Below, one piece after another: positions 26,501 to 35,171 of a stretch of DNA of 64,000 bases (positions within the stretch are counted from its first letter, which is position 1; every line of letters begins with the position of its first letter). Both the position numbers and the translations under genes were made by a program. This DNA is from a virus. The stretch lies in the IMG/VR virus record IMGVR_UViG_3300022562_001969, positions 22,115-86,114 of that record; one strand, given 5' to 3'. Below the pieces are notes generated by a model. It did not search any database. It had not been told where the DNA came from and saw only the letters and a program-made list of their open reading frames with translations.

Positions 26501-26950
26501 CCGGGCCGCGCCGGAGACAATATCCTCTACCTGTAAACCGTTTTTCGCCAGCATCTCAATAGCCTGGGCCGCCTCCAATGAAGAAACCTTCAGATTGGGA
26601 TCCATCCCCAGGTCAGACACCAGCTTCTTTAGCTGGCTCATCTCATCATCGCTGGCCCCCAGGACGGCGTTAACGCCATCCATCTGGACTTCCAGATCGG
26701 CGGCCATTGAGACGCTATTGGAGAGGAAACCGCCGGCAGCCTGAGTGACCGAGGTGAAACCCCTGGCCAGGAGAGACAGGCCCCCCGTGGCCAGGTTGCC
26801 CAGGACCGTACCGAAGGCGACCGAGCCGGCCCCGGCCCCTTTGACGGTCTTTTCAAACCCATCAACGGAGCCGGAGGCTTTATTCATCCCTTGGATAAAG
26901 CCGCCCTCGTTCTCCAGTATCAACCTTGCCCCAACCGGTTTTAAGGCCAT
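23543..26950 (-). CDS. Tail tape measure protein (TP901 family)
   Basis: 1135 aa; EAAQAIEMLAKNG, AGTSFKTFLQRL, amphipathic repeats. Confidence 0.96.
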   Translation of the reverse strand: MALKPVGARLILENEGGFIQGMNKASGSVDGFEKTVKGAGAGSVAFGTVLGNLATGGLSLLARGFTSVTQAAGGFLSNSVSMAADLEVQMDGVNAVLGASDDEMSQLKKLVSDLGMDPNLKVSSLEAAQAIEMLAKNGLQVEDIVSGAARATVALSNATGADFSRAADIATDAMALFHIEANDMSTAIDGITGVTTASKFDINDYGLALANAGGIAAGMGVSFGDLNTVLAASASSFSSGADAGTSFKTFLQRLAAPTDKLQETLDELGITLFDESGQMRSMAEVVDQLHGAFSGMTEAQQAQTATALGGADAARTVLALAGLTRSEFEALSTTVNASGQAQEAAATRVDNFAGAMDILGGVVEDIQLQLGTALLPALTAVVRAITDFVANNAEPFVDFFKRAGEGLTTFIGSLLGGQGLLDSFIAGLAAFGVEGPELTRIKNFAAGVINLGMTIGDFVSDHAEALKGVLIAIGGILAGGAIYLGITALVSAIGLLLSPIGLVAGAVVALGVVWSNNWGGIQEKTQTAISFISGFITETFDALKIFWASFWAEYGGVVKEAFGLVQDILGAAFPIIQEIFSGALETIGGIWRTFWGKSDRDASNSMSNISDTIFLSLGRIVVAIRDGLANMLAFLEKNSEGIRQTIRDTWENVQRVIATAWSLISTVIGVAISLIGPVIATFVENASAALGRFGPLLAQLGQLWQALQPAITVVLTVIGAAMLAAVGVAVGMVTGISQAIGPLIDTFIKVATGITTALTGVVQFITGFVQLVVGLFQGNSEQVQAAWTQMGQGLKNIVGGLISGVVGLVTGFVQTIYSLISGLVTGVIDYFTSLSDALIGGSIIPDMFTAIIEAGKRFVANFLVGIATLVREAIGLLQSSVPQFVTVAASLMQGLLSGIVTNASQIVNALGDVVSRAISQAKAVLGIRSPSTVFAGIGTDIMTGLVGGIESQRGALKNTVSQINKDLVITSPPPIKLDVQGPEMSEWDRFIQMMSQRSTPALPPPPPPPPPPPPPPPPAPPPPLSAGDMQKVAEQRFLSLGGLDSGMTFSQILDQVRELARIVPSTAFSSGLTFDQIVAQVEAGVYEQPASAQQITNSALSQNNTTNNTTVNYTNNSGTPIADQSQLSYILASAP

Positions 26951-26960
26951 TTAAACAGCG

Positions 26961-27164
26961 TCATCTCCTGCCACGGCGTGGCGGCCGGGGGCGGGGGGGC
27001 TGGGCGCGTTTTCTGGGGCGATTGGCGTGGGCCACCACGGCCTCAATTTGTTGTTTGGTTTCAAAATGGGCGATCAATTTTTCTTGATAATCCACCGGTT
27101 TTTGTCTGAACTCCTCATAACTCAGCTGGTCGGCGTGGGCGGCCTCAATCCAATTCATCTCCAC
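26961..27164 (-). CDS. Tail assembly chaperone, frameshift extension (gpT-like)
   Basis: Frame is open upstream into the end of 27226-27702. Confidence 0.65.
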   Translation of the reverse strand: MEMNWIEAAHADQLSYEEFRQKPVDYQEKLIAHFETKQQIEAVVAHANRPRKRAQPPRPRPPRRGRR

Positions 27165-27225
27165 GCCATGGATCGTAATGCCGGAACGGGGCGCAACGCA
27201 GCGCCAGATGTCGCGGCCCTTATAT

Positions 27226-27702
27226 CTAACGTCGAAAGTTTTGCTTGGCCGCCTCGACGCCCTCCCGGCTCGGGTCCTTTAAGCCGGACACCGCGTTGAG
27301 AATATCCCGTAAATCCTGGTCGTTCCCGATTGCGATTTCGGTCAACCAGACCAATTGGTCCGATTCGGGCAACTGCTCGTCCGAAAGAATTTCGCGCAAT
27401 TCCGCCACCTCTTTTTTCTGGGCCTCAGTCAATTTTTGTTTGGCGGCCAGGCGCTTAATCATGCGATCTGTCACCTCAAGCTGGAGCAAATTCTCCCAGA
27501 CTTTGATCGACTCAATGTAATCCGGGTCGGCGTGATTTCGTTCGACGACCCGTTTGCCCAGCAGCTCCACCTCAACCAGCGGCGGCTTCGGCTGGGGGAT
27601 TTCCCGCCGCACCTTTAAGCCCAGGCTCACCTGGGAAATTGGGAAAATCTGGATCGTTTCACCGGTGCTTTCGCACAGATACGGTGTTAGTTTGACAGTC
27701 AT
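27226..27702 (-). CDS. Tail assembly chaperone (gpG-like)
   Basis: Lies between the tail tube and TMP. Confidence 0.75.
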   Translation of the reverse strand: MTVKLTPYLCESTGETIQIFPISQVSLGLKVRREIPQPKPPLVEVELLGKRVVERNHADPDYIESIKVWENLLQLEVTDRMIKRLAAKQKLTEAQKKEVAELREILSDEQLPESDQLVWLTEIAIGNDQDLRDILNAVSGLKDPSREGVEAAKQNFRR

Positions 27703-27767
27703 TTACAGGTCCCTCCTGTGTGATAAAAAAAAATGTCAATTATCAATTGTCAATTATCAATTACTAA

Positions 27768-29327
27768 TTAGCCGCGCACCGGGGCCGCCCCGATCAGGAT
27801 GATGCCATCTGTACCGTTGCCGGCCAGGCCGCCAAAGACCAGGTTGTTGGCCGCCACGGCCTGGTTACTGACCACCGGATAGGCTAACCGGTTTACCCGG
27901 TCCAGCGTGGGGAAGGTGTTGACCGAAATGTCGGCTTCCCAGGTGCGGCCGCCGTTAATGGTGGCGTAGAAAATCGCGGCTGGGCCACTGGTGGCGGCCA
28001 CAATATAGCCGACTTCGTCGGTGGCAAAAACGATGTCCTGTACCGTAGCCGGCGCGCCGGCGGTAGCGGCCGGCAAGGTGGTCTCATTCCAGGCCGTTTC
28101 CCCCCGGTTGTTGGTCCAGTAAACATCACCCTCACTATCCCCTACCCACCAACGAAACTCATCAATCACTTCCAGGGCGTCCAGGCTGAAAGCGGCCGGG
28201 GCGTTACTGGCCACGGCAAAGGTGCTACCCCGATTGAGCGAGTAAATAATGGCCGCCCCATCGCCTACCGCCACCACCGTATTTTCATAGCCATCAATCC
28301 GGTTAAGATTATCTGTGGCAGTGTTGGCCGGGTCCAGAACGTCTACTCCGCTGGTGATCACTTCCGATTTGTAGATGTAGCCGCCATCACCGCAGAAATA
28401 AATCTCACGCGGGTTAGAGACCCAGATGTCATTGGGGGCGTTGCCGCTGACGAAACCAGTGGTGACCTTGCTCCAGGTTCCGGGAATACCGGTGATACTA
28501 TTCAGGGTAGAGATAAAGTAGCCGCCGGTAGCCCCATCGTTGAAGACGACAATGAGCCGCTGGCCCACCACATCAATCGCCTTGGGGATATCGTTGCTGG
28601 TCGCTCCATTGATGGCCGCCACCGTCCAGGTCAGGCCACCGTCCAGGCTATAAGCCACGCTTGGCCCCACGCCGGGAGAGGCGACGGTATTGTTCAGGAC
28701 GGCGTATACCAACTTTGTGCCATTGTCATTAGGCCCACAGGCCCCACAACGGACCTTGGAGCCATAAACGACATCAATCACTTCGCTGGCGACCTCGGCG
28801 GCGGCTTTTTCACCGACGCTCATGCCGGCGACCACATATACCCCCGACTGGGCGGTGTAATCCTGGTCATCCTGGACCATTGAGTCGCCGTCGAAAGCGC
28901 TGCCGCCCGCAGTGGTAGAGGTTGATTTGGCGTTCGAGTAGATTTTGACGTAATCGGCCGCGTTGCGGGTGAAGACGCCGGGGTCTTTACATTTCCCGGT
29001 GACCTCGTAATAGTCAACCACGCAGTCGCGCAGGTCATACAATTGGCGAGGAATGGCCCCATGATGTTGCAGGAAATTGACGGTAAAGGTGTCAAAATCC
29101 GGGGCTGAAACTTCTGTCCCCACCCGGCGAAACTTTTTAAACTCGCTGGGGTCGCCCACGTTGATTGGGCTAATATCGCCATCGGGCAAGGTCCCGCTTT
29201 CAATGACCATGTACTGGCCATCAACGCCGGCGTAAAAAATGGGATTGTCGGCCCCGGGGCCTTGCGGTTGGTAAAAATACCGCTTATGTTGTTGGGTTAC
29301 GATCTGATCTGCTGTTGGCAGTGGCAT
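27768..29327 (-). CDS. Probable major tail protein with C-terminal BNR/beta-propeller repeats
   Basis: Position, strong RBS; Asp-box motifs YSLDGGLTW, SLNRGSTF, TINGGRTW. Confidence 0.7.
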   Translation of the reverse strand: MPLPTADQIVTQQHKRYFYQPQGPGADNPIFYAGVDGQYMVIESGTLPDGDISPINVGDPSEFKKFRRVGTEVSAPDFDTFTVNFLQHHGAIPRQLYDLRDCVVDYYEVTGKCKDPGVFTRNAADYVKIYSNAKSTSTTAGGSAFDGDSMVQDDQDYTAQSGVYVVAGMSVGEKAAAEVASEVIDVVYGSKVRCGACGPNDNGTKLVYAVLNNTVASPGVGPSVAYSLDGGLTWTVAAINGATSNDIPKAIDVVGQRLIVVFNDGATGGYFISTLNSITGIPGTWSKVTTGFVSGNAPNDIWVSNPREIYFCGDGGYIYKSEVITSGVDVLDPANTATDNLNRIDGYENTVVAVGDGAAIIYSLNRGSTFAVASNAPAAFSLDALEVIDEFRWWVGDSEGDVYWTNNRGETAWNETTLPAATAGAPATVQDIVFATDEVGYIVAATSGPAAIFYATINGGRTWEADISVNTFPTLDRVNRLAYPVVSNQAVAANNLVFGGLAGNGTDGIILIGAAPVRG

Positions 29328-29346
29328 AATATGCTCCTTTAAGAAA

Positions 29347-30696
29347 TTAAACTGATACCCCGCGAGACATCACGAGGTTTTTAACCTGTTTCCAGGCGTA
29401 AATATGACCGGAGAGCGTGCCAAATGGATTATTCAGATCCTCCGGGCTAACACTGTAACGCTCATCATTGGTCCCCCCCACTCTGGCCCGGTCAAACTGC
29501 CACCGCCATAGCCGTTGGTTGGCGTTGTCGCAGCCACAAATCCGGTAGGGGGCTAATTCGGCCATCGCCAGCCGGGCCACAATATGGCGCCACGAGCCGC
29601 CATAGCGGACCGAGCTATTGATTTCGCTTTCGTCCGCTCCGGCCAGATAGCGGATAGTCACCCGGTCTGGCTGGCGGCAAACAGACCAATTGACGGCCAC
29701 ATAGCGCTCATTGGTCGCGTCCCAGACAGCCTCGCCGACCGCAATCTCACCCAGGCGGTTGTCCCGGATGACCGCCCTGGCCAGGGCATAAGCCTGCGCG
29801 GCCGGATCGTTGGCGTAAGGATCAAATTCGGCCGATCCGGCGCAGGAGAGGCACGGGCAACAATTGTAAGGGGGGTCGGTTTCCCAGATTAGCATGGCCT
29901 GGGCCGTCTGAGGCGTGATCCCATTCGGGTCGGTATATACGCGCTGCACCGACAACTGGGTGACAAAATTAGCGGCGTCCGTGGGGTCAAGTTGTTGCGG
30001 ATTCCAGGTCTGATACAAAACCGGCTTGACCAATAACCAACGCCGCCCGGTAATGGTGGCCACTGTGCCGGATACGGTCACCTGCACCGGCTCGATCTGC
30101 CAGCGGGGGCTGATCGGATCGCCAAAGCGGTCGGCTGAAATGAAATAGACCGCTATTTCAGCCGGGTCTGTGCCGGCGGTAACGGCGGCGGTGACGGTAA
30201 ACGTGTCATCCAGGCCGCCGTTAAAAATTTCCGAGTAGGTCACCGGGTTGTCGCCCAGGTCTTCGAACGCCGCTGTGCCAATAGCGCGAATAAATCCCTC
30301 CCCGGCGTCAATCGCCAGATAGCGGCCGGTGGCGTCGGCCGGGCTGCCGAATTCCATACGCCGGTCATAAGGCCGGGGATATTGGAAGGTTTTCTCCACG
30401 TACTGGGGAGCTACCCGAAAATTGAGATATTCAAATAACCGTTGCTGGGCCGTTTCAATACTTTCCCGGATTTGTTCGCGCCCGGCCACGTCCGCATTTT
30501 GCCAGGCGTGTTCATAAACCAGGCCGTTGCAGGCGCTATCTATCTCCAGCCCGGCGATACTGTTGGTAGCCATTTGCCAAAAATGCCAGGGATGATAGCC
30601 CAAAATTTGCCGCCACGCTTCCAGGGAAAGCCCCAAAGCGCCACTGGCGGTGGATAACGTTGACGTTGTGACCGGCGTGCCGATGATACCACCCAT
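29347..30696 (-). CDS. Virion protein, probable head-tail adaptor
   Basis: Position; VTIRYLAG motif. Confidence 0.55.
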   Translation of the reverse strand: MGGIIGTPVTTSTLSTASGALGLSLEAWRQILGYHPWHFWQMATNSIAGLEIDSACNGLVYEHAWQNADVAGREQIRESIETAQQRLFEYLNFRVAPQYVEKTFQYPRPYDRRMEFGSPADATGRYLAIDAGEGFIRAIGTAAFEDLGDNPVTYSEIFNGGLDDTFTVTAAVTAGTDPAEIAVYFISADRFGDPISPRWQIEPVQVTVSGTVATITGRRWLLVKPVLYQTWNPQQLDPTDAANFVTQLSVQRVYTDPNGITPQTAQAMLIWETDPPYNCCPCLSCAGSAEFDPYANDPAAQAYALARAVIRDNRLGEIAVGEAVWDATNERYVAVNWSVCRQPDRVTIRYLAGADESEINSSVRYGGSWRHIVARLAMAELAPYRICGCDNANQRLWRWQFDRARVGGTNDERYSVSPEDLNNPFGTLSGHIYAWKQVKNLVMSRGVSV

Positions 30697-31235
30697 TAGC
30701 TGACCACCTCCGTGTCAGGGTTCGGAAAGGTGTAGCCCGCTTTCTGAACCCAGATGAAATAAGTGCCCGGATCAAGGAACGGCTTTTCGTTGTTTGTGGC
30801 GTCGCGGGCCACGCCAAAGGTGTCTGTAACCCCCCGCCAGACGACATTAGCGCCGGCGTTATCGGTGGCGATGGAGACATTAGCCCCCTCAATCGGGTTA
30901 CCGCTTCCCGCTTCGGTGACCGTATAGGTGTAGTCAACCCCGGCCACATTTCGGGCTTTGACCACATATTCCAGATTTTGCTGGATGGCCCCGGTCCCGG
31001 TTACCCGGATTGATACCGGGCCAACCGTGTCCGCTTCGGCCGCTGTGCTGAGATAGGTGTACCAGCCGTCACTCATCTCGGCTTTGGTTCCTCCGCTGGC
31101 GGCAAACGCGCCGCCGTTTTTGGCGATTTCCAGGGTAAAGCCCGCTCCCAGGCCGCTCACCTCGTTGCCGCTGGCGTCCACCATGACAAAGGTAATCCTA
31201 TTCTGTTGGCTTTGCTCCCACATAAAGCCGGGCAT
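30696..31235 (-). CDS. Ig-like / carboxypeptidase-regulatory-like virion protein
   Basis: GNPIEGANVSI...LDPGTYFIWVQKAGY. Confidence 0.65.
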   Translation of the reverse strand: MPGFMWEQSQQNRITFVMVDASGNEVSGLGAGFTLEIAKNGGAFAASGGTKAEMSDGWYTYLSTAAEADTVGPVSIRVTGTGAIQQNLEYVVKARNVAGVDYTYTVTEAGSGNPIEGANVSIATDNAGANVVWRGVTDTFGVARDATNNEKPFLDPGTYFIWVQKAGYTFPNPDTEVVS

Positions 31236-31240
31236 TACCC

Positions 31241-31501
31241 TTATCCTCCCACCTTATCCCTGGTTTTTATCGTATCCTGCACGCGGACGCCCAGCGTTTT
31301 GGGGTGCCCCTCTGGCGTCAGTTCGACCGGCGCTTCTTGCTTTTGGGGTTGCGGTAATCTGGCAAAAAGATCAACCACATCCTGCCTGAATTTGAGAAAA
31401 CAAAGCAGGGCCTCGATTGCCTTATCCGCGTCCTCTACCGGCGTCTCAAATTTAGCCGCTATCTCCCGGGCGAATTGTTGCCGGGCCGGGGTATTAATCA
31501 C
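31241..31501 (-). CDS. Hypothetical protein
   Basis: GTG start overlapping the upstream stop. Confidence 0.5.
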   Translation of the reverse strand: MINTPARQQFAREIAAKFETPVEDADKAIEALLCFLKFRQDVVDLFARLPQPQKQEAPVELTPEGHPKTLGVRVQDTIKTRDKVGG

Positions 31502-32337
31502 GGGAACACCTCCCCATCGGGGTTGATATGTTGGCAAAATATGGCGGTGTCCACCAGGAACGGGTACGTCATTTCCTGATAGGCGTCCCAGCCGGCTTTT
31601 TTGAAATAGCCCTCTTTCATCACCCGGTTGCACCAATTCAGGTCGGAAGTGCCCCCGAAAATACTCATATTTTGCGGTTCTTCCGGGTCGTACCAGATAT
31701 CGCGGGGGCTTTCGAAGACGCGCCGGGTTTGTTGGCCGCCTACCTGATATGGGTCGCTATCGGCCCACATCTCACGCAGAATGCCCATATGGATTAGCAA
31801 GATGCCCGTGGGCACGCCATCGGCCCAGACCTTATCTCCCAGCTCGAAATCGGTATAAACCGAATTGCCGCGCCCCCGAAAAACGAGCGGGTACGATGGC
31901 CGCCCGCGACAAAAATAAAGCCCGCTGACGACCGGCGTCTCTTCCTTGAGCATATATTCATTAAATCTGATAAAAGCGTCGGGGGGCATAATGACATCAT
32001 GCTCAATTAGTAATAGCCACTCCATCTCTTTTTCGATGGCGTATTTGACAATCAGGTTTTGGGCGTCGGCCACCTGGTAGCGGAGGGGCATATAGGCGCT
32101 AATGAATTGGTTCATATACAAATAAGACCAATTCATCGGAATGACCTGGCCGTAGCGGGCCCCCACCCATTCGATTCTGACCAGGCCGGTGACGGGGGTG
32201 CCGATCATAACCCGGTTAATATAGGAGTTGCCATTTTCATCAATGATGGTCCGGTATTGACGCACCGGGCTATTCGTATTTCGTTTCGGAAATAGCCTCT
32301 CCGGCGTTTCCGTTTTCGTCTGCGTTCCGTTTAACAA
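31498..32337 (-). CDS. Glycosyltransferase (GT-A/GT2-like)
   Basis: WLLLIEHDVIMP, PVVSGLYF, TSDLNWC, VDTAIFCQH. Confidence 0.8.
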   Translation of the reverse strand: MLNGTQTKTETPERLFPKRNTNSPVRQYRTIIDENGNSYINRVMIGTPVTGLVRIEWVGARYGQVIPMNWSYLYMNQFISAYMPLRYQVADAQNLIVKYAIEKEMEWLLLIEHDVIMPPDAFIRFNEYMLKEETPVVSGLYFCRGRPSYPLVFRGRGNSVYTDFELGDKVWADGVPTGILLIHMGILREMWADSDPYQVGGQQTRRVFESPRDIWYDPEEPQNMSIFGGTSDLNWCNRVMKEGYFKKAGWDAYQEMTYPFLVDTAIFCQHINPDGEVFP

Positions 32338-32938
32338 GGATCACCTCAATATTTGCGTCCGGAGACCAGTTCAAAAACTTGATCTCCCAGGGCTTAGGCC
32401 GGTAAATGTTATAAAGGAGGCCGTTAGTTCGATTTTCGTATGGATCAAAATAGGCCCAGGTGGTTTCATTGATTTCGTTGATGTGGGTTGGGTCCTGCAA
32501 AAAACCGTTTGAGCGGCCGTGCGGGCAACAAATGGCGAATTTCGCGCCAGGTTTCAAAATTCGCCACACCTCATTCATAAACCGGATAAAAGTGGGGACC
32601 GGCTCGATATCCCCGATGTAGGCGGCAATTTCGCTCTGGCTGATCAGTTCCCGATCCAGGAGCAACCGGATCAACCCCAACAGGCGTGGGTCAGGCAGAA
32701 AGGGGGGAATATGCTCCACCAGGTGGCTGGAGATAGCGTTGATTACGCTTTCGTCGGGTAGCGGCCAGGGGAATTTTTGAATATCCCAAACAATATCCAC
32801 GCCGGGCAGTGGCCGGATGTCCAGCCCGACAAACCCTGCTTGCTTGTTGCCCCCACACCCGATGTCGAGCATAATGCCTGTCTGCTTTTGCAGGACCGTG
32901 GTTACGGCCTCATCATTAGCCGGTAAAGTCAATGTCAT
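32270..32938 (-). CDS. Class I SAM-dependent methyltransferase
   Basis: LDIGCG, SHLVEH, EVWRILKPG, DPTH. Confidence 0.88.
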   Translation of the reverse strand: MTLTLPANDEAVTTVLQKQTGIMLDIGCGGNKQAGFVGLDIRPLPGVDIVWDIQKFPWPLPDESVINAISSHLVEHIPPFLPDPRLLGLIRLLLDRELISQSEIAAYIGDIEPVPTFIRFMNEVWRILKPGAKFAICCPHGRSNGFLQDPTHINEINETTWAYFDPYENRTNGLLYNIYRPKPWEIKFLNWSPDANIEVILVKRNADENGNAGEAISETKYE

Positions 32939-33401
32939 AAGTCACGTTTACATTTTGGTTGGTGTTCACCTGCGAACTGGCGTAGGTGTTACCGGCGAAA
33001 ATCGTGCCGGTATCGGTATTGGATTGCTGGAAGAGCCCCACATTGGAAATGTTGGCCGTATTGGTCACAAACGATTGGGTGCTATCAAACGTGGCGGTGA
33101 CTCGCAGGCGGCTGCTGGCCGAGGTGGCCAGAGTGGCCGCCGCCCGGCTATTAGCGCCGTGGGTCAATTCCCCCGGTAGCCCGGTCGCGGTATCGTTGAC
33201 GGTTGTGCCGGTGCCCAGGGCGACGTGGGAGACCCGCAGGCTGCCGGCGCCGCCACTCATCAATTGCAAGATGTAGCGGTCCATCCCCTCGTTGGTGACG
33301 TTATTGGGCACATAGCCCGAATCGCCCACGATTTCGCCATCCTGCGTGATCTGGATGCGGTAAAACCCTTTAATCTTGGCTCTATCTTGTTGTCTCATCA
33401 C
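32916..33401 (-). CDS. Virion structural protein (fibre base-like)
   Basis: NNVTNEG, HVALGTG, ISNVGLF pattern. Confidence 0.6.
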   Translation of the reverse strand: MMRQQDRAKIKGFYRIQITQDGEIVGDSGYVPNNVTNEGMDRYILQLMSGGAGSLRVSHVALGTGTTVNDTATGLPGELTHGANSRAAATLATSASSRLRVTATFDSTQSFVTNTANISNVGLFQQSNTDTGTIFAGNTYASSQVNTNQNVNVTYDIDFTG

Positions 33402-33417
33402 ATAACTCCTTTAAGAC

Positions 33418-35088
33418 CTACATATTCTTAAACATTCCCCGGAACATTCCTTTGAAAACGACCTCCCGCAAAAATGCGGCTACAATCAAAAGGGTGACCG
33501 TATCGCTAACGCCAATAGTCTCCGCCGCCTGGATGAATAGTTCCGGTAAAAGCGCTGTGGTTGCCTCGCTGATTGCTACTGTTTCCGAGGCGTTAATAAA
33601 GCTGGTCAATTGGGCAGCCATCAGTTCAGTCATGGTGATCGTCTCGCCTGCCGCTATATTCAGGCTGAATAGGACCTGCGCACTTTCGGCCAGGGTGATG
33701 GCCTCAGCCACAACCACAAAACTGGTCAAGAGCAGACCGGCCGTCTCGCTTAGACTGATGCCGTCTGAAACCAGGATTTGTAACGCCCCCACGGCCTGAA
33801 TGAGAACCGAGATGATTTCCGAAATGGTGATAGTTTCCGAAACGGTGATGAAGTTGGTTAAGAGCAACTTGATCGTTTCATTGATGGTCACTGTCTCGGA
33901 GGCGTTTACCATGCTGGTCAAGAGGAGGGTGATTGTTTCACTCAGGCTGATCCCATCCGAAACACTAATAAAACTGGATAAGAGTAGCTTGACCGCTTCG
34001 CCAATGGTGACGCTATCAGCCACGGCAATCAGATTGATTAAGGCCACATTGACCGCTTCCACTATGCTGATCGGATCGCTAACCTGAATAAAACTGGTCA
34101 GCAGCAACGCGGCGGCTTCGTTAACCGTGATAGTCTCGGAAACATTAACGAAACTGGTCAGGAGTAGTTTGACCGTCTCGCCAATGGTGACGCTATCAGA
34201 AACCATCAACTGCAAAACGCCTTCAATCTGGACAATGACGCTAACCGCCTCGCCAAGACTGATACTATCAGCCGCCCGGATAAAACTGGTCAGGAGTAGT
34301 TTGACTGTCTCGCCAATGGTGACACCATCCGAGACGCTAATCAGATGCGCCAGGGTCAAGGCGACTGTTTCCGGGATGGTTACGCCATCAGAAACCTGGA
34401 TCAAATGAATCAGGGCCAAATTGACCGCTTCAGTTATAGCAATCGGGTCGCTGACCTGAATGAAACCGACCAGCGCCATGCTAACCGTTTCGCTTAAGCT
34501 GATCGTTTCGCTGGCCTGAATGAAACCGGTTAAAAGCGCCTTAACCGTCTCACCTACGGTTACACTATCCGAGACGCTAATCAGATTGATCAGGGTCACG
34601 GCTACCGCTTCGCTGATCGTTACACTGTCCGAGACGTTGACGAAACTGGTCAAAAGCAGCTTAATCGGCGTCGAAATCGTCAGGCTTTCCGAAACGCTAA
34701 TAAAACTCGTCAACAGGGGGCTGGCCGTTTCGTTTAAGCTGATCCCATCGGAAACATTAATGAAACTGGTCAAAAGTAGTTTGACCGCTTCACTGACAAT
34801 CACACTCTCAGTAACCGTCACCATGTGCGTCAAGATCATATTGACCGCTTCAGCCACCGTAATGGTGTCCGAAACACCAACGAAATTGACGACCAGCAAT
34901 TTAACGGCTTCCGAAATCGTCACCCCTTCAGAAGCGCTGATAGCCAGCGGATTAGCTGCTGCATACTCATAAAAATATTCCCGGTCTGTAAGCCACCGGT
35001 CAAAATCGCCACTGCTACCGGCCAGCGGTTTTAATACCTGGAAGGAAGTCTGAGCCGTGATCCAGGTGTTAAAAATGGTTGAGGTCAT
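33418..35088 (-). CDS. Repetitive fibre-like protein (about 23-aa repeats)
   Basis: Roughly 20 repeats of VSDSVTI(S/G)E(T/A)VKLLLTSFI. Confidence 0.75.
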   Translation of the reverse strand: MTSTIFNTWITAQTSFQVLKPLAGSSGDFDRWLTDREYFYEYAAANPLAISASEGVTISEAVKLLVVNFVGVSDTITVAEAVNMILTHMVTVTESVIVSEAVKLLLTSFINVSDGISLNETASPLLTSFISVSESLTISTPIKLLLTSFVNVSDSVTISEAVAVTLINLISVSDSVTVGETVKALLTGFIQASETISLSETVSMALVGFIQVSDPIAITEAVNLALIHLIQVSDGVTIPETVALTLAHLISVSDGVTIGETVKLLLTSFIRAADSISLGEAVSVIVQIEGVLQLMVSDSVTIGETVKLLLTSFVNVSETITVNEAAALLLTSFIQVSDPISIVEAVNVALINLIAVADSVTIGEAVKLLLSSFISVSDGISLSETITLLLTSMVNASETVTINETIKLLLTNFITVSETITISEIISVLIQAVGALQILVSDGISLSETAGLLLTSFVVVAEAITLAESAQVLFSLNIAAGETITMTELMAAQLTSFINASETVAISEATTALLPELFIQAAETIGVSDTVTLLIVAAFLREVVFKGMFRGMFKNM

Positions 35089-35171
35089 TTAGCGCCGCTC
35101 CCTCTTCAAATAGCCCGACTTGGGAGGAAAATCGGAGGCTTTGGGTCGTTTGATATAAACGCGCCAGGGCA

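Noticed and set aside
33418-35088. ~69-bp periodic DNA as a non-coding array
   Set aside because: Periodicity is explained by an open, repetitive protein with synonymous variation
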